Source of the DNA: an uncultured delta proteobacterium
Lineage (GTDB): Bacteria; Desulfobacterota; Desulfuromonadia; Geobacterales; DSM-12255
DNA length: 64,000 nucleotides
Reading direction: 5' to 3'
NCBI GenBank assembly: GCA_963787125.1
Contig: CAWBBV010000011.1
Span: 160,001 to 224,000 of the forward strand
The notes under the pieces are model-generated. The model was not told the DNA's origin, made no database searches, and was given only the letters and a program-made list of their open reading frames with translations. This document shows positions 61,334 through 64,000 of this stretch, in pieces. A program made the translations under genes and the position numbers. Every line of letters starts with the position of its first letter. Positions within the stretch are counted from its first letter, which is position 1.

Positions 61334-62056
61334 CTAAAAACTGACGCCGAGTTTCAACGAATAGATAGGACGGGCAGCATATTCAACCTCGCCTGTAACA
61401 CCGATAAGCGGAATAGGGGTGAACTTCAGGCCGACAAAACCACGCGGCTGCCACATGCTTTCACTCTTGAGAGTTGCCAGGCTACCGTTGTACTTACCAT
61501 CAATATAAAGCATGCCCGCACCAGCATAGGGGGTCAGGAAGAGAAACCCTTTACTGATTGATGCATCAAACCCCGCCGTTTGCAACTCAACATCACTTAC
61601 TCCGGAAAGCTTGGTATAGGTGGCACGCACACCAACAGCCGGGGTTGCAATGCTGCCTTCCAGGATTGCCTTACTGATTTCAGCACCGTACACCTGAATA
61701 TCAGTACCGGCAATGTAGGTATACATGGCGCCGACATCGATTCCGAATGGAAGCCCTTTTCTTACTCTTACCGAGGGGTAGGTTATGTAGCTCGGGGCAT
61801 CATTACCTGTAGCCTTTTTCCAGTAGCCGCTGTTGTCCTGTATTTCGATCAATGATGTCTGGACTGCAACATCAAAACCGGTAATACCGAGTGGTGCTGC
61901 AGGGGCAAGGTTTCTGTAGCCGATAGCACATCCAAGTTCTTTGGTCATATCCCTGAACTCATCCTGACCATAGCCTGCAGGAAGTTGAATATTCCACGCC
62001 ATCGCTTCCGTTGCTGTCAGTATTACGAATAGAACAAGTAATAAAGCTCTCTTCAT
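61334..62056 (-). CDS. Outer-membrane beta-barrel protein
   Basis: Signal peptide; alternating beta strands; KGLPFGIDVG; C-terminal YSLKLGVSF. Confidence 0.75.
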   Translation of the reverse strand: MKRALLLVLFVILTATEAMAWNIQLPAGYGQDEFRDMTKELGCAIGYRNLAPAAPLGITGFDVAVQTSLIEIQDNSGYWKKATGNDAPSYITYPSVRVRKGLPFGIDVGAMYTYIAGTDIQVYGAEISKAILEGSIATPAVGVRATYTKLSGVSDVELQTAGFDASISKGFLFLTPYAGAGMLYIDGKYNGSLATLKSESMWQPRGFVGLKFTPIPLIGVTGEVEYAARPIYSLKLGVSF

Positions 62057-62127
62057 GTTATTTCCTCCATAAATTGAAATTTGCCGGAGTTTAGCAGAGC
62101 CGGACGCCCCGGTCAACATCGCTTTCA

Positions 62128-64000
62128 TCACTGCGGGCTGCCGGCGGCAGTCTTTGTAATGACCTCTACTTGCAAAGGCCTGATCGTATCAAGATGAACG
62201 TCACGCTGCGGGTAGGCAATAACGATCCCCTCAGCAGACAGTTGCTTCTCGATCATCGTTCTCAAGTCACTGGCAATGACCCGCGGATCGCCCCCAGCAT
62301 CAAGGGCAAGCCAATAAAACAGGCCGAACAGCAGAGCATCACTGGCAAAGTCATCAAGCGTCGCTATCGGTTTCGGCTCTTTCAGTACCTGTTCGTGACT
62401 GGAGGCTACCTGAAGCAATTGCTTCTTTACCATTGCGATGTCGGAACCATAGGCGACACCAACGGTGACACTGTACCTGACCTGATGTGTAGAATACGTC
62501 CAGTTTGTGACATTTTTTTCAACAAAAGTGCTGTTCGGGATCAATGTCTCAATGCCGGTAACATCGCGAATGGTACTCGAACGGATACCGATACTGGTAA
62601 CCCTGCCACGAATACCATCAACATCGACCAAATCACCAATCCTGAAGGGGCGTTCGGCAAGCAGCATCATCCCGCTCATCAGGTTCTTCATCAGAACCTG
62701 CATGCCGAAACCGACCCCGATAGCTATGGCACCCCCAAGAAAAGCAAAAGCTGTCAGCGGAATTCTGACAAGATTCAGACTGGAAAGAAGCAGTATTATC
62801 AGTATTCCTGCCATTGCCCACCTTCGGGCAAGCATTGCAGTACTCTCCTGAATATCATAGCGCGCCACAATGTAGCGAACGATCTTCTTTGTGACTTTAG
62901 CGCTGGCAATATAACCGAATATCAGGATCAACAGGGCGATCATCAGTTTGCCAACGGTAATCCCCCGCTTTCCTCTGACCTCTCTGCCGTCAACTACGAC
63001 GATGTCCTCTGTGGTAAAAAGCTCATATTTCCAGAGATTGCTTAATTGTTCAAATATGACAACCTTCCAGTATTTGAACTTGGCATCGGCTGCCGCTTTT
63101 TTTGTAGACTCCGAATATTGATCTCGCAATCGGACGAAAATGCTTTTTACCGCTTCTACTTCCCGAATCTTTATCAGCAGAAGTTTTTCACGAAGTTGGT
63201 AAAGTTCGATTAATCGTCTGGTGCTATCCTGCTCCGCGTCAATTTCCGGCTGTGCAAGCAGCGACTCTCTTTCGTTAAGCTGGCGCAGGACAAGCTTGAG
63301 ACCTGCCTCGGATGACTGTCCCAAACGGTCAAGTTCGGCAATGACTTTCGGCAGGAGGCTCACGATACTACGAATACTGCTTACATTTTTTTGCGTTTCA
63401 GCCGTATATCTCATCTCCCAGATCAGTAGTTCAAGGCGATTAAGATCCAGGAGGTCCTGGTATACCTCTATTTTCAGATTACTGTTCTCAAGCTCCTCTT
63501 GGAAAAGGGTTTCACGAACTTTAATTGTGTTGTCTTTTTTGGAGGCGGCAGCACCGGTAATTTCGCCTAAAACTATTTGTCGCTCTTCAAGCGTTTTTCG
63601 CCCCTTTATCAGAGTTTTTTTCCTAAGGGATTGATTCTCGGCCAGAGCTTTTTCAACCTCCAGTTCAAACAGTCGCTTTCGCCCTTCAAGTCGTTCTTTG
63701 ATATTTTTTAAATCATTTTCGGTAAAGCTTGAATCTTTTGAGGCGACCTCCAGCCTTTTCTCAAGAAAAGCAAATTCTTGTCTGGCGACAAGTAGTTCCT
63801 CAACTGCACGTTTTTGTGCTGCCTGGAGAGAACTAAATGTTGTGGCATGCACTTTGCGGCTCAGGTCAGTGAGCCCTTTTTGCCATTCAAGTGAGACCAC
63901 CACGGTTGGGTCTGACTCCTTTTCAATCTCTTCTGCCAGTTTCCGCTGCCGCTCCTCCGCCTTTTTCAAGCTATCCGCGGCATTCTTGATTTTTACAGCT
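62128..64000 (-). CDS. MscS/MscK-family mechanosensitive channel (5' end outside the window)
   Basis: IGVGFGMQ, ERPFRIGD, LIPNS, VTNWT, VGVAYGSD, AYPQRDVH; long N-terminal coiled coil. Confidence 0.92.
   Translation of the reverse strand, partial: AVKIKNAADSLKKAEERQRKLAEEIEKESDPTVVVSLEWQKGLTDLSRKVHATTFSSLQAAQKRAVEELLVARQEFAFLEKRLEVASKDSSFTENDLKNIKERLEGRKRLFELEVEKALAENQSLRKKTLIKGRKTLEERQIVLGEITGAAASKKDNTIKVRETLFQEELENSNLKIEVYQDLLDLNRLELLIWEMRYTAETQKNVSSIRSIVSLLPKVIAELDRLGQSSEAGLKLVLRQLNERESLLAQPEIDAEQDSTRRLIELYQLREKLLLIKIREVEAVKSIFVRLRDQYSESTKKAAADAKFKYWKVVIFEQLSNLWKYELFTTEDIVVVDGREVRGKRGITVGKLMIALLILIFGYIASAKVTKKIVRYIVARYDIQESTAMLARRWAMAGILIILLLSSLNLVRIPLTAFAFLGGAIAIGVGFGMQVLMKNLMSGMMLLAERPFRIGDLVDVDGIRGRVTSIGIRSSTIRDVTGIETLIPNSTFVEKNVTNWTYSTHQVRYSVTVGVAYGSDIAMVKKQLLQVASSHEQVLKEPKPIATLDDFASDALLFGLFYWLALDAGGDPRVIASDLRTMIEKQLSAEGIVIAYPQRDVHLDTIRPLQVEVITKTAAGSPQ

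Overview
64-kb chromosomal window from a Geobacteraceae-like deltaproteobacterium. The assignment rests on multiheme c7-type cytochromes, an Ehr complex and the rho-rpmE-thyX-prfA-prmC-murA-hisG-hisD gene order. Core genes alternate with accessory patches. (1) 0.86-9.6 kb is a defence/stress islet. It holds vapBC between two copies of a dinD-like 3' end, a CARF/RtcR-like sigma54 activator split by a complete IS21-family element (GCCCC target duplication), a higBA-like TA pair, an ABC-ATPase + TOPRIM-like pair and a dinD 5' fragment. (2) 14.7-25.4 kb is a sigma54-controlled respiratory locus. It holds a CXXCH-containing sensor kinase, an NtrC-like activator, three paralogous small membrane proteins, an HmcD-like small ORF missed by the ORF track, a 16-bp VNTR, a pentaheme cytochrome/Fe-S/NrfD module, a nonaheme cytochrome and a kinase-less copy of the heme sensor. 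(3) The Ehr (hydrogenase-related, Ni-ligand-less) operon is interrupted before its small subunit by a 6.6-kb cassette. The cassette encodes an XRE regulator, an apparently stand-alone thermolysin-type propeptide, a 1407-aa surface M4 protease and a signal-peptide-bearing phage tail-fibre-like protein. (4) A mazEF-like TA pair sits directly upstream of an apparently chimeric, AT-rich ligA followed by two foreign-looking genes. Also seen: a +1 indel near the prfA 3' end, a structured intergenic element at 54.7 kb and three perfect DnaA boxes at 59.25 kb. No rRNA, tRNA or CRISPR array was recognised. All family calls come from motif recognition by eye, not from database searches.
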